The notes under the pieces were generated by a model. The model saw nothing but the letters and a program-made list of their open reading frames with translations, was not told the DNA's origin and ran no database searches. From Myxococcota bacterium (GTDB taxonomy: Bacteria > Myxococcota_A > UBA796 > UBA2385): a stretch of 64,000 nucleotides of DNA. Made by a program: the position numbers and the translations under genes. Positions 1 to 8,901 of this stretch are shown piece by piece. The stretch is from positions 1 through 64,000 of the forward strand of contig JBIJDH010000018.1 in assembly GCA_044344255.1 (NCBI GenBank). The letters run 5' to 3'. Numbering within the stretch: position 1 is the first letter of the stretch; each line of letters begins with the position of its first letter.

Positions 1-333
1 GCGGTAATTCGGGCCCTCCCCGTCCGCCGTGGTGGAGGCGGGGCAGGTCTCCGGGAGCGACTCCTCAAGGCCCTCACAGTGCTCAGCGGGGGCGGCGCCG
101 CTGTCCCCAGCGCCGCTGTCTCCGGTACCGCCGTCACCGCCCCCGCTGTCGGTGGCTGTGCCGTCGGCGCCGTCGCCGCCGAGACCGCTGTCGGTGGGAG
201 CGTCGCCGCCGTCGGGCTTCCCGGCGTCATCACCCCCGCCGCAGGCCGCGAGGGTGGCGCTCAAGAGGGTGGGGGCGAGGGCGCCGCTGGCGGTGAGCCC
301 AGCGAGGAGGTCGCGGCGGTTGAGGGTGCTCAT
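1..333 (-). CDS. Tat-exported lipoprotein, possibly intradiol ring-cleavage dioxygenase-like (partial, runs off left edge)
   Basis: Not in the ORF track; manual translation from ATG 333 gives MSTLNRRDLLAGL...LAACGGG (twin-Arg plus lipobox), a G/D-rich linker, then CPASTTADGEGPNYR, resembling the T-x-x-x-x-EGP(F/Y)Y start of intradiol dioxygenase domains. Confidence 0.55.
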   Translation of the reverse strand, partial: MSTLNRRDLLAGLTASGALAPTLLSATLAACGGGDDAGKPDGGDAPTDSGLGGDGADGTATDSGGGDGGTGDSGAGDSGAAPAEHCEGLEESLPETCPASTTADGEGPNYR

Positions 334-357
334 GGCCGGAGCCTACCCCCGACGAAA

Positions 358-440
358 GGGGGAGACAACGACGTGGGGCGACATACGATGCGGGGGGGAC
401 AAACGATTGGGGGGGGACAAACGATGGACGGAGACAATCG
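358..440. repeat. Five degenerate ~17-bp G-rich tandem repeats in a divergent intergenic region
   Basis: GACA cores at 364, 380, 398, 416 and 433; consensus approximately GGGGRGACAAACGAT. Confidence 0.7.
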
Positions 441-500
441 GCACCCCGTGTGGGCGAGTTGGGGCTCGATCCGAGCGACGAGGGCGGGATAACAGGCGGC

Positions 501-1613
501 ATGGTCGCGCCCCCTCGCTCCTCGCCTGCCCGCCCCCCCGCGGGGCGCCCCCTCTCCCTCGGTCGGCGGCTCGGCTTTGCCCTGGTCTCGTTGGTGCTCG
601 TGCTGGGCGCGGTCGAGCTCGCCTGCTCCTTCCTCCCGGCCGAGTCCCTCGACACCCGCTCGCTCCGCCTGCGGGCGCAGACGATGGATGACAACCTCAT
701 CGCCAGCAACGAGGTCCCCGGCTGGGACCTGCGGCCCGACGGCGGCGAGGTGGCGCACATCCGCTACACCACCAACCGCTGGCGGATGCGCGGCCCCGAC
801 TATCCAGACCCTCGGCCCGCCGAGGCCGGGCGGGTGATCATGGTGGGAGACTCCACCATCTTCGGCGTCAAGCTCGAGTGGGAGCAGACCTTCACCGCCG
901 AGTTCGCCCGGCAGCGGGCCGAGGGAAAGCGCCCTGAGCTCGTGCAGGTGGCCAACTGTGCGAGCCCCGGCCACTCCACCTACCAGTCGAAGATGAAGCT
1001 GGCGCGCCACTGCCTCGCCTTCGAGCCCGACGTGGTGGTGATCGGCAACCAGAACAGTGACTCCGCCTTTGACGTCGGCACAGACCGCGACCGCTTCCCG
1101 CCCCGCCGCTTCCCGGGCCTCTACGATCTGCTCGACCGCTCCTCGCTCTACCGCGCGGTCTCCACGCTCGTGGTCCGCTCCAAAGACCGGGCGCGGCTCA
1201 AGGCGCAGACCGAGGGTACGCAGATCGCCCAGGTGGGCGGGCCGACGGGCTCGATCGTGCGGGTGAGCCTGGAGGACTATCGGGAGAACCTGCTCGAGAT
1301 GATCGGCCTCGTGCGGGCCTCGGGGGCCCTGCCGGTGTTGCTCGTGCTGCCCGACATCACCGACGTCACCGATCAGGCCCCGCCCCCAGGCAGCAACCTC
1401 GCCGCCTATAAAGACACGCTGCGCGCGCTCGCGGCCTCCGAGGGCGTGCAGCTCGTCGACGCCCAGGAGTGGTTTCGCTTCGTGCTGAGCGGCCAGGACG
1501 TCTTCATCGACGTGGTGCACCCGAATGAGCGCGGCGCCGCGGTCCTCGGAGACCTCCTCCACCGCCACCTGCCCTCGCCGCTGCCGCGCCGGGGCGCCGC
1601 CGCGGGGGGCTGA
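501..1613 (+). CDS. SGNH/GDSL hydrolase family protein with N-terminal TM anchor
   Basis: VGDSTIFG block I, GHSTYQS, GNQN, DVVHPN (DxxH); start taken at ATG 501. Confidence 0.85.
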   Translation: MVAPPRSSPARPPAGRPLSLGRRLGFALVSLVLVLGAVELACSFLPAESLDTRSLRLRAQTMDDNLIASNEVPGWDLRPDGGEVAHIRYTTNRWRMRGPDYPDPRPAEAGRVIMVGDSTIFGVKLEWEQTFTAEFARQRAEGKRPELVQVANCASPGHSTYQSKMKLARHCLAFEPDVVVIGNQNSDSAFDVGTDRDRFPPRRFPGLYDLLDRSSLYRAVSTLVVRSKDRARLKAQTEGTQIAQVGGPTGSIVRVSLEDYRENLLEMIGLVRASGALPVLLVLPDITDVTDQAPPPGSNLAAYKDTLRALAASEGVQLVDAQEWFRFVLSGQDVFIDVVHPNERGAAVLGDLLHRHLPSPLPRRGAAAGG

Positions 1614-3065
1614 TCAGTCGCCGTCCTCCGACCCTGACCCCGATTCGTCCACCTCGGGGAGGAGCGAGACGGGGATGAAGCGGGGCAAGGCGCCGATCTC
1701 CGCGCCCTGGCAGTCGAGGCGCATCGTCCACTGAACGCCGCCGGAGGGGTCGACCTCGAGGGCCTCGTTGTCCTCGGCGCAGCCGACCAGCACATGACCG
1801 GAGGGGAGATCGAAGGCGCTGCCGCCTAACACACAGCTCCGGCCCGTGGGCCAGGCCTGCTCGATGACGGCCTCTCCGGCGGCGCGGTCGAGGCGGAGGT
1901 CGAGGGCGGCCGAGTTGTTGGTGGGGCTCGGATCGCCGTTGTCGAAGAGGCGGAGGCGGTCGTCCGGCAGCCAGTTGGCGTCGTGCTGGGCCGAGAAGCG
2001 CGCCTCGCGGCCGGCCTCGGAGCGGAGGGAGAGGGCGCCCTCGCCGGTGGCCTCGGCCGTGCCGCGGAGGGAGTGGGTGACGACGCCGCTCTCTCCATCG
2101 ACGATCAGCAGCTCGGCGGTGTTCCGGAGGCCGATCAGCCACTCGCCGGCCGTGTTGATCGACAACGAATTGGTGTGGGTGAGGTCGACGGTCGTGTCGA
2201 ACCACTCCGTCCAGTACTCGGAGTGGTCGACCACGAGATCGGCGGGGAGGGGATGGTGGTCGGGGATGCTCCAGCGCTCGACGATCGCGCCCCCCTCGTC
2301 GAAGACCACGACGCCGTCGGCGACCGCGGTGCCCTCTTCGAAGGGGATCTCGAAGGCCTCGAGGGCGTAGAGCCGCCCTTCGTGTCGGAAGAGGTCGTGG
2401 TGGACGGGGCGGTCGAAGTCCTCGCCGTAGAGCAGCGCGGTGCGCTCGACGCCGAAGAGGTCGTACTCGGCGATGCGGCGGCGGGCGACGATGCCGAGCA
2501 GGGTGCCCTCGTCGGTCCAGCGGAGGCCCTCGACGGTCTCGAAATTCCGCGGCGGGGGGAGCTCGACGGTGTTGTCGGGGTCAAAGGACTGGTACCAGCG
2601 CACCCGGCCCTGTCCGTCGAAGAGATCGACCACCGGCGAGCTCCCGCAGTCCCGGGGCGCGAAGACCTGGTCGACCGTCCCGAGCCCGGGCTGGCGCACG
2701 GTGGTGCTCACGGCCGCCTCCTCGGGGAGGGCCGGGGTCTCGAAGGTCCCCGAGGCCTCGCCCCCGTCTACCGAGAGCGTCCAGCGCACCGGCTGCTCGG
2801 CGATGAGGCCGTAGAAGGGGATCGTGTGCTCGGTGGCGGGCTCCGGGCTCTCGAAGCGGAGGTGGACGTCGGCCAGGCGGAGGTCGAGGGTGGCGGCGGC
2901 GGCCTCGTCGAGGTGGAGGGTGCAGGCGCCGCGGAGCGCGTTGTCCGCGGCGAGCACGCAGCTCCCGTCGAGCGCCTCGAGGGAGCCCTTGTCGCCCGAC
3001 TTTCCGGAGCAGGCGGCCAGGCTGAGCGAGGCGAGGATCAGGCGGCGAGCGGCGCGGCGGGGCAT
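1614..3065 (-). CDS. Arylsulfotransferase (ASST)-like lipoprotein
   Basis: Lipobox LAAC; HHD, HTNS, QHD and LFDNG motifs typical of ASST beta-propellers. Confidence 0.7.
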   Translation of the reverse strand: MPRRAARRLILASLSLAACSGKSGDKGSLEALDGSCVLAADNALRGACTLHLDEAAAATLDLRLADVHLRFESPEPATEHTIPFYGLIAEQPVRWTLSVDGGEASGTFETPALPEEAAVSTTVRQPGLGTVDQVFAPRDCGSSPVVDLFDGQGRVRWYQSFDPDNTVELPPPRNFETVEGLRWTDEGTLLGIVARRRIAEYDLFGVERTALLYGEDFDRPVHHDLFRHEGRLYALEAFEIPFEEGTAVADGVVVFDEGGAIVERWSIPDHHPLPADLVVDHSEYWTEWFDTTVDLTHTNSLSINTAGEWLIGLRNTAELLIVDGESGVVTHSLRGTAEATGEGALSLRSEAGREARFSAQHDANWLPDDRLRLFDNGDPSPTNNSAALDLRLDRAAGEAVIEQAWPTGRSCVLGGSAFDLPSGHVLVGCAEDNEALEVDPSGGVQWTMRLDCQGAEIGALPRFIPVSLLPEVDESGSGSEDGD

Positions 3066-3114
3066 GCCCCTGCCTACCATGGGGGGAGGCCCGTCGCGGG
3101 GCCGCCCGCGACGC

Positions 3115-4659
3115 TCACTCCGAGAGCGCTTGCGCGACGCTCTCCGCGGCGACCATCCCGCTGTAGATCACGGCCGAGAGGCTGCCGCTGAAGCCGAGGT
3201 CGCCGACGAGGCTGCCGCCGGCCATGCCGCTCAGCTCCCCGGCGGCGTAGAGGCCGGGGAGGGGGGCCCCGTCGGCGCCCAACACGCGCCCCTCCGCGTC
3301 AACGGCGACGCCGCCGAAGGCCTTGGCGAGGGCCGGCTGCAGGCGGAGGGCCACGAGGGCGCCGGGATCGAGGGGGGAGACCGTGAGGGGGGCGTCGCGC
3401 CAGGGGTCTATGCAGCCGGTATCGGCGCAGTCGTTGAAGGCGCTGAGCTCGGCCGAGAAGGCCGCGGCATCGACCCCCATCGCCAGGGCGAGGGCCGCCG
3501 GGCTGTCCGCCTCGACGGCGATGCCGGCGCGGAGCAGATCGTCGAGGGTGGGAACGGCGGCGTCCCCCTCGGCAGATCCCCGGTCGAGGGGGGCGAAGAG
3601 GTCGAGCGAGGCGGCCGTGGCGGCGCTCATCACGGCCCAGGCGGCCTGACCGGGCTGGGCGGCGAGGGCCTCACCGGTGGAGAGCTGGTTGGTGGCCGAC
3701 TCATCGGTGAAGCGCCGCCCGTCGAGGTTGACCCAGGGGCCCTGATCGAGGGGGTAGAACATCAGCTCCTCCCCGCCGCCGCGGGGATCGGGCGTGCCAT
3801 GCGCGTAGAGGCCGATGACGTCGATGTGATCGAGGGCCGCCCCCTCTGCCTCGAGCGCGCGCCGGAGGGCGCCGTCGGCCTCCGGGGCCACCGAGAGGCT
3901 GAGGGCCGCAGGATCGAGCTCCGGGCGAGCCGCGGCGACGAGGTCGAGCGAGCGGAGGAAGCCGCCGCTGGCCGCGATGACGGCCCCCGCCGCGATCCAG
4001 CCGAGGGTCTCACCGGAGGCGGCGTCTTCGACCTCGACGCCGAGGCCCTCCTCCCCGGCGCCACCCGCTGTCCCGGGGCGCAGGCCCACGACACCCACCC
4101 CGGTCCAGACGATCGAGGCGGGCAGCACCTCGGCCAGCCGCGCTCCCATCGCCTGGCCGCTCTGGTCGAGGCGGTGGATCCGGGGAACGCTGGCCCCCTC
4201 GTCGAGATCGGGGAGCAGGCTGAAGCCCAGCCCCAGCGCGCCGAGCCAGGCCTCCACCCGTGGCACGCTGGACTCCGACCAGCCGAGCAGCCAGGGGGAG
4301 GTGGGGTCACCGCCGGTCATCGCCGGCCAGTCGGCGCGGAGGCGGGCTGGATCGTCGACGACGCCGGCGGCGGCCTGCTCGGCGGAGCCCGCGAAGGTGA
4401 AGGTGGGGGTGCCGCCCTGGTAGCGGAGGCTGCCGCCGAGCGCGCCGGCCTGCTCGAGGAGCAGCACGTCCTCCACGCCGAGGCGCAGGAGCTCGGCCGC
4501 GGCCGACATCCCCGCTGGCCCGCCCCCGATCACGACGACGTCCACTGCGAAGAGCGGGGGCTCCGCGCCTCCAGCGGCGCCGTCTGTGCCGCGGCCCGGC
4601 TTGGGGGCGCAGCCGAGGAGGAGGCCCAGGGAGAGGCAGGGTCGGAGGCCGGAGATCAA
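3115..4659 (-). CDS. FAD-dependent oxidoreductase (flavocytochrome c/FAD_binding_2 family) lipoprotein
   Basis: DVVVIGGGPAG, AASGGF, VNLDGRRFTDES, GGVAVD, PGLYAAGE; probable TTG start at 4659 overlapping the upstream stop; lipobox LLGC. Confidence 0.8.
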   Translation of the reverse strand: MISGLRPCLSLGLLLGCAPKPGRGTDGAAGGAEPPLFAVDVVVIGGGPAGMSAAAELLRLGVEDVLLLEQAGALGGSLRYQGGTPTFTFAGSAEQAAAGVVDDPARLRADWPAMTGGDPTSPWLLGWSESSVPRVEAWLGALGLGFSLLPDLDEGASVPRIHRLDQSGQAMGARLAEVLPASIVWTGVGVVGLRPGTAGGAGEEGLGVEVEDAASGETLGWIAAGAVIAASGGFLRSLDLVAAARPELDPAALSLSVAPEADGALRRALEAEGAALDHIDVIGLYAHGTPDPRGGGEELMFYPLDQGPWVNLDGRRFTDESATNQLSTGEALAAQPGQAAWAVMSAATAASLDLFAPLDRGSAEGDAAVPTLDDLLRAGIAVEADSPAALALAMGVDAAAFSAELSAFNDCADTGCIDPWRDAPLTVSPLDPGALVALRLQPALAKAFGGVAVDAEGRVLGADGAPLPGLYAAGELSGMAGGSLVGDLGFSGSLSAVIYSGMVAAESVAQALSE

Positions 4660-5708
4660 CGGGGGAACTGCGCGTGGAGGACCTTGCCGAGGAGGGCCGC
4701 CCCCTTCGCGTTCGGGTGGACGGTGTCGATGAAGAGGTCTTGATCGGCGTACATCGCCTGGAACCAGGACTGCCCGTCGACCACTGGGACGTCGAGCGAC
4801 TGGGCGAGATCCCGGAGCATCTGCTTTCGCCCGTGGCGGTCGGCCGGGAAGTTCGGGTTGGAGATGACGTCGCCCCGCGCCGGCAAGATGAGGAAGACGG
4901 GCTTTGCCCCCGCCGCCCGCACCATCGCCACGAGCTGGGTCTGGTTGGCGATGAAGTCGTCGTTGTTGACCCGGAGGATATCGCCCTGCGGCCCTTCGCC
5001 CACCTGCGCGATCGTGCGCGGCGGCGGGGGCGGCGGCATCATCCAAGCGGAGATGAGCCGGTACATCGCGAAATTGGAGAAGAAGCGGCGCAGCGCGGGG
5101 GCGACGGGGGCGGGGAAGGCGTCCTTGTCTTCGGCCACGTCGAGGGCGGAGTCGCTGTTCTGATTGGCGAGGATCACGTAGTCCGGCTCAAAGGCGAGGC
5201 ACTGGCCCTTCAGCTTGAAGATGGACTGGTAGGTGGAGTGGCCGGGGCAGGCGCAGGCGGCGACCTCGAGCTGCCGATCGGGGAAGGCGGCGGCCCGGTG
5301 CGCGGCGAACTGGGCGAGGAAGGTCTCCTCCCAGGGGAGCTGCACGCCGAAGGGGGTGGAGTCGCCGAGGAGGATAATACGCTCCGCCCCAGCGGGCTTG
5401 ACCTCGGCGTAGTCGGGCCCGCGCATGTTCCAGGCGTTGACGTGGTAGGGCGCGCCGTCGATGTCGCCGTCGCCGGGCTGGATGTCCCAGCCGGGCACCT
5501 CGTAGGAGGCCACCAGCGAGCCCGCCTGGACGGCGGCGCGGACCCGGATGCTGCGGGTGTCGAGCATCTCCGCGGGCGCCTGCCGGGCGAGGAGCTCGCC
5601 TCCGCCGATCAGGAGCAGGACGGGCAGCACGCCGAAGAGCAGGCGCCGCCCGAGCGAGAGCGGGGGGCGGGGGGCGGGCCCGGGGGCCTGGGCCGGCGGG
5701 GGTACCAT
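4656..5708 (-). CDS. SGNH/GDSL hydrolase family protein (paralogue of 501..1613)
   Basis: LGDSTPFG, PGHSTYQS, NQNSDSA, DTVHPN; blocks shared with 501..1613. Confidence 0.85.
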   Translation of the reverse strand: MVPPPAQAPGPAPRPPLSLGRRLLFGVLPVLLLIGGGELLARQAPAEMLDTRSIRVRAAVQAGSLVASYEVPGWDIQPGDGDIDGAPYHVNAWNMRGPDYAEVKPAGAERIILLGDSTPFGVQLPWEETFLAQFAAHRAAAFPDRQLEVAACACPGHSTYQSIFKLKGQCLAFEPDYVILANQNSDSALDVAEDKDAFPAPVAPALRRFFSNFAMYRLISAWMMPPPPPPRTIAQVGEGPQGDILRVNNDDFIANQTQLVAMVRAAGAKPVFLILPARGDVISNPNFPADRHGRKQMLRDLAQSLDVPVVDGQSWFQAMYADQDLFIDTVHPNAKGAALLGKVLHAQFPR

Positions 5709-5811
5709 GGTGATTGACCAGTCCTTACGGGCGGCCCGGGGAGCCCAGCCCGGGGAGAGTGTGGTAGAGAGCGTCGCTGGGCGGCTGTAACGCATCCCGC
5801 GCTCCCCCCGA

Positions 5812-7266
5812 ATGGTCAATCGGATGTCCACCTTGGCCCCGTCGATCCGGCCCCGCGGCCCCTCTTTCGTGCTCGCTTGTGCTCTGGCGGTGTTCGCTGC
5901 CTGCACCCCCCTGCCGGACACCATCGAGGCCTGTAAGGACGCGGACTGTCAGCGCGAGGTCGCGCTCCGCGCCTGGCAGAAGAGCCCCGCCGGCCTCGCG
6001 GCCGAGATCTCGCAGATGCAAGACCCGATCGGACAGCTCATCGCGGTTGAGGCCATCGTCGAGAAGCACCCGGGGGAGCTAGCCGACTTCTGCCCGGCCC
6101 TGCCCGAGGGTCGGCTCCGCGAGCGCTGCAACACCATCCACATGCGGCCGCACCTCCGCAGCGACGCCGAGGGCAGCAAGACCGAGGATCGCGGCTCCAT
6201 CGCGACCACCAAGGTCAGCAAGTCCCAGCGGGACAGCCCGAGCTTCATGGAGCTCGTGCCGACGAAGGAGGGCAACCTGCCCTCCCCCTGGAAGGACACC
6301 GCGCCGATCGACGTGGCCTGTGAAGATGCCGCCCTCGCCGTGCCTTGCCGCACCGCCGCCGCCGAGCGCGCCGCCGCCGCCCTCGACGCCGCCACCGCTG
6401 CGGGCGCCTGCGCGGGGATCAAGGAGGAGGCCTGGCGAAAGGAGTGCTTCTTCCGCGCCTCGGAGTCCGCGCTCGCCGACACCCAGCGCGGCCCCGACGT
6501 CGCGCTCCCGCTCTGCCTCGGCGCCAACGACTACGTCCAGTTCTGCCTCGCCCACCTCTCGATGGCGCTCAGCCAGCGGGAGGCGCCGATGGCGACCGAC
6601 ATGGCGCCTGCCTGGCTCGGCCTGAAGGCCGCGGCCCTGCAGGTCGACGCCCAAGTGCGGCCGCTTGACCCCGGCCTCGCGGATCGGGTGGCCGATCGCA
6701 TCTGGTCGGAGAGCCTGTCTCTCTCGTATCGGAGCGTGGATGTCGTGACCGGCGATCCGCTGGACGGCGTGCCCCCCGCCGCGCTCCCCCACGTCCGGGC
6801 CGCCGCCGCCGCCCGCCTGTGGGACCTCGAGGGCAGCGAGCCGCGTGACCTCGCGACCTGGCAGGCCCGATTCTCCGAGGTCCTCGCCGCTCGCCAGGGC
6901 TACCCTGGCGTCCCCGCACAGCTCGGCCGAATGGGCCCCACCCTCGGCCTCTGGGACACATGGCTCCCCGGGGAGCGCGAGCTGCCGACGGTGATGTACC
7001 TCGGCGCGGGCCGCCGGGCGCTCTCCCCCGACCCCGACATCGACGCCCTCATCTGTCTCCTCGAGGCGGGCGCCCGCGGGCAGAGCCCCCCCTTCAACCT
7101 CTTCGGTGAGGCGATCCAGCACCCCGATCCGCTCGTTCGCTGGACCGCCGCCCGCCTCGGCCAGGCCCGTGACGCGCGGGGTGGCTTCACCGAGCTGCTT
7201 CGCAAGAGCGATGACCCGTTGGTACGCGCGCAGGCAGACCGCGAGCGTCACCGCCAGGGCGGGTGA
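5812..7266 (+). CDS. Hypothetical Cys-rich helical lipoprotein
   Basis: Lipobox FAAC, spaced Cys pairs, HEAT-like C-terminus (DPLVRW, DPLVRA). Confidence 0.6.
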   Translation: MVNRMSTLAPSIRPRGPSFVLACALAVFAACTPLPDTIEACKDADCQREVALRAWQKSPAGLAAEISQMQDPIGQLIAVEAIVEKHPGELADFCPALPEGRLRERCNTIHMRPHLRSDAEGSKTEDRGSIATTKVSKSQRDSPSFMELVPTKEGNLPSPWKDTAPIDVACEDAALAVPCRTAAAERAAAALDAATAAGACAGIKEEAWRKECFFRASESALADTQRGPDVALPLCLGANDYVQFCLAHLSMALSQREAPMATDMAPAWLGLKAAALQVDAQVRPLDPGLADRVADRIWSESLSLSYRSVDVVTGDPLDGVPPAALPHVRAAAAARLWDLEGSEPRDLATWQARFSEVLAARQGYPGVPAQLGRMGPTLGLWDTWLPGERELPTVMYLGAGRRALSPDPDIDALICLLEAGARGQSPPFNLFGEAIQHPDPLVRWTAARLGQARDARGGFTELLRKSDDPLVRAQADRERHRQGG

Positions 7267-7287
7267 GCCGCGCCGGCCGGGCCCGGT

Positions 7288-7923
7288 TTAGCGCTCGGTC
7301 GCGCTCGGACCGGGGAGCGCGAGGATGCGGGCCCGCAGAACGCCGACGGCGGTGACCGTGAGCGCGAGCAGCCCCGCGATGGCCGCGAGGCCACCGGCCG
7401 ACAAGCCGAGCCCCGCCGCGGAGGAGCCGGAGCCGCCTCCTCGCTCTCCCGCCTCGAGCGCGGGGCGCCGCGACGAGCGCAGCCGCTCGAGGCGATAGCG
7501 TACGCCGTCGTGCACCGCGATGAAGGTCATCGGGTAGGTGGTGGAGGTCCAGGCCATCGGGACCTTCAGGGTCTCGGTCTGGCGGATGGGCACGCCGTTC
7601 GCCGAGCCCACCACCGTGATCTCCGAGCCGTTGGGGCGGAGCTCGAGCAGGGCCCACCACTCGCCGTCGCCGGCCTCATCGACGGCGAGGGTGCCGTCGT
7701 CGGTGAAGACGACGGCGTCCTTGGGGTCACCGTAGGTGGCGGTGAGCTGCACGCGCCGGAGCTCCCGCGGGAGGAGGATCGCCACGCCGACGGCGCCGTC
7801 CTGGTTGCCGCCGCCGGGCCCGCCCGGACCGCCGGGGCCGCCCTGGGCCCAGGCGGGGGCGCCGAGCAGCGCAGCCAGGCCGAGGCCGAGCCCGGTGAGC
7901 GGGGGGAGGAGGCGGGGGCTCAA
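7288..7923 (-). CDS. Exported membrane-anchored protein with DDG..D..GDG (choice-of-anchor X-like) motif
   Basis: Probable TTG start 7923; signal peptide ending AWA-Q; FTDDGTLAVDEAGDGEW; C-terminal TM helix. Confidence 0.55.
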   Translation of the reverse strand: MSPRLLPPLTGLGLGLAALLGAPAWAQGGPGGPGGPGGGNQDGAVGVAILLPRELRRVQLTATYGDPKDAVVFTDDGTLAVDEAGDGEWWALLELRPNGSEITVVGSANGVPIRQTETLKVPMAWTSTTYPMTFIAVHDGVRYRLERLRSSRRPALEAGERGGGSGSSAAGLGLSAGGLAAIAGLLALTVTAVGVLRARILALPGPSATER

Positions 7924-8170
7924 GGGTCCAGTCTCCCGGAGGGGAGGTTCCGGATATCGCCGCGCTCGGGCGCAGACCAGCGCCCCCACGCCGGGGCGAG
8001 GTGGCGCGACCCGCGTCGAGAAGGCGGGCTTCGCTCGTTGAGAGTGCCGATTAATACGAGACACGATGGTCAAGATTCGGTGTGGATTCCAAGGCTTGTG
8101 GCGGCCGTGCGGGCCTTGGACGAATAGTGGGGGTTGCTTTGTGTCGGTTTCTCCGGAACCCCTGGTCCAC

Positions 8171-8878
8171 ATGAAACGAATTGGCCTCGCCCTCGCCTTC
8201 GTCCTCGTCGTGCTGGCGCCCGGCTGTAAGCGCCGGAGCATGGGCCGCGGGGTGGATGACCCCAACCTCGCCCGGCTGCTCTCGGAGTGTGATGATCACC
8301 CCTCGCCGCGGCGAGACTGGTGCGCCCTCTCCACCATCACCTCGATCCCCACCCAGACCTTCACGGGCGAGCAGCTCTTCTCGGTCTGCAAGAACATCCG
8401 CGAGCCGGCGGCCTACGACCAGTGTGTGGCCCACGTGATGCGCCTCGCTCCCTCTCCCCCTGCCGAGACCTGCGACACCGTGATCGACAAGCGGATGCGG
8501 GAGTCCTGCTGGCTGGACGTGGTGGATGGTGTGGTGGCAAAGGCGAGCGCCCTCGATGAGGTGGTCAACACCTGCGCGATGACGGGTGACCTCTACGAGC
8601 ACTGCCTCGTGCACTTCTTTGGGCGCTCGACCGAACGATGGCAGGCGGCGGGGGCGGAGCAGTTCGAGGTGGAGCTGCGATACATCATGAAGGCCGTGCC
8701 GGGCGCGGCCGAGATGGACTACTTCGCCAAGTCGGTCGGGGTGTCGGCGGTCGAGATCGGCTACCCGGCGGGGGACTTCCCGTGTGACCAGTTCACCGGA
8801 GACGCCCAGGCGGCCTGTGACTCCACCCGTCGCCTCCACACCGCGGGCGGCGGGAACCCCGGCCAACAGCGCGACTGA
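8171..8878 (+). CDS. Hypothetical Cys-rich lipoprotein
   Basis: MKRIGLALAFVLVVLAPGC signal/lipobox; repeated C-x(9-10)-C units. Confidence 0.65.
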   Translation: MKRIGLALAFVLVVLAPGCKRRSMGRGVDDPNLARLLSECDDHPSPRRDWCALSTITSIPTQTFTGEQLFSVCKNIREPAAYDQCVAHVMRLAPSPPAETCDTVIDKRMRESCWLDVVDGVVAKASALDEVVNTCAMTGDLYEHCLVHFFGRSTERWQAAGAEQFEVELRYIMKAVPGAAEMDYFAKSVGVSAVEIGYPAGDFPCDQFTGDAQAACDSTRRLHTAGGGNPGQQRD

Positions 8879-8901
8879 GCGCACCCTCCCTGAACCACCG
8901 C

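Noticed and set aside
358..440. Possible CRISPR array
   Set aside because: Units abut with no unique spacers, and no cas genes in the window
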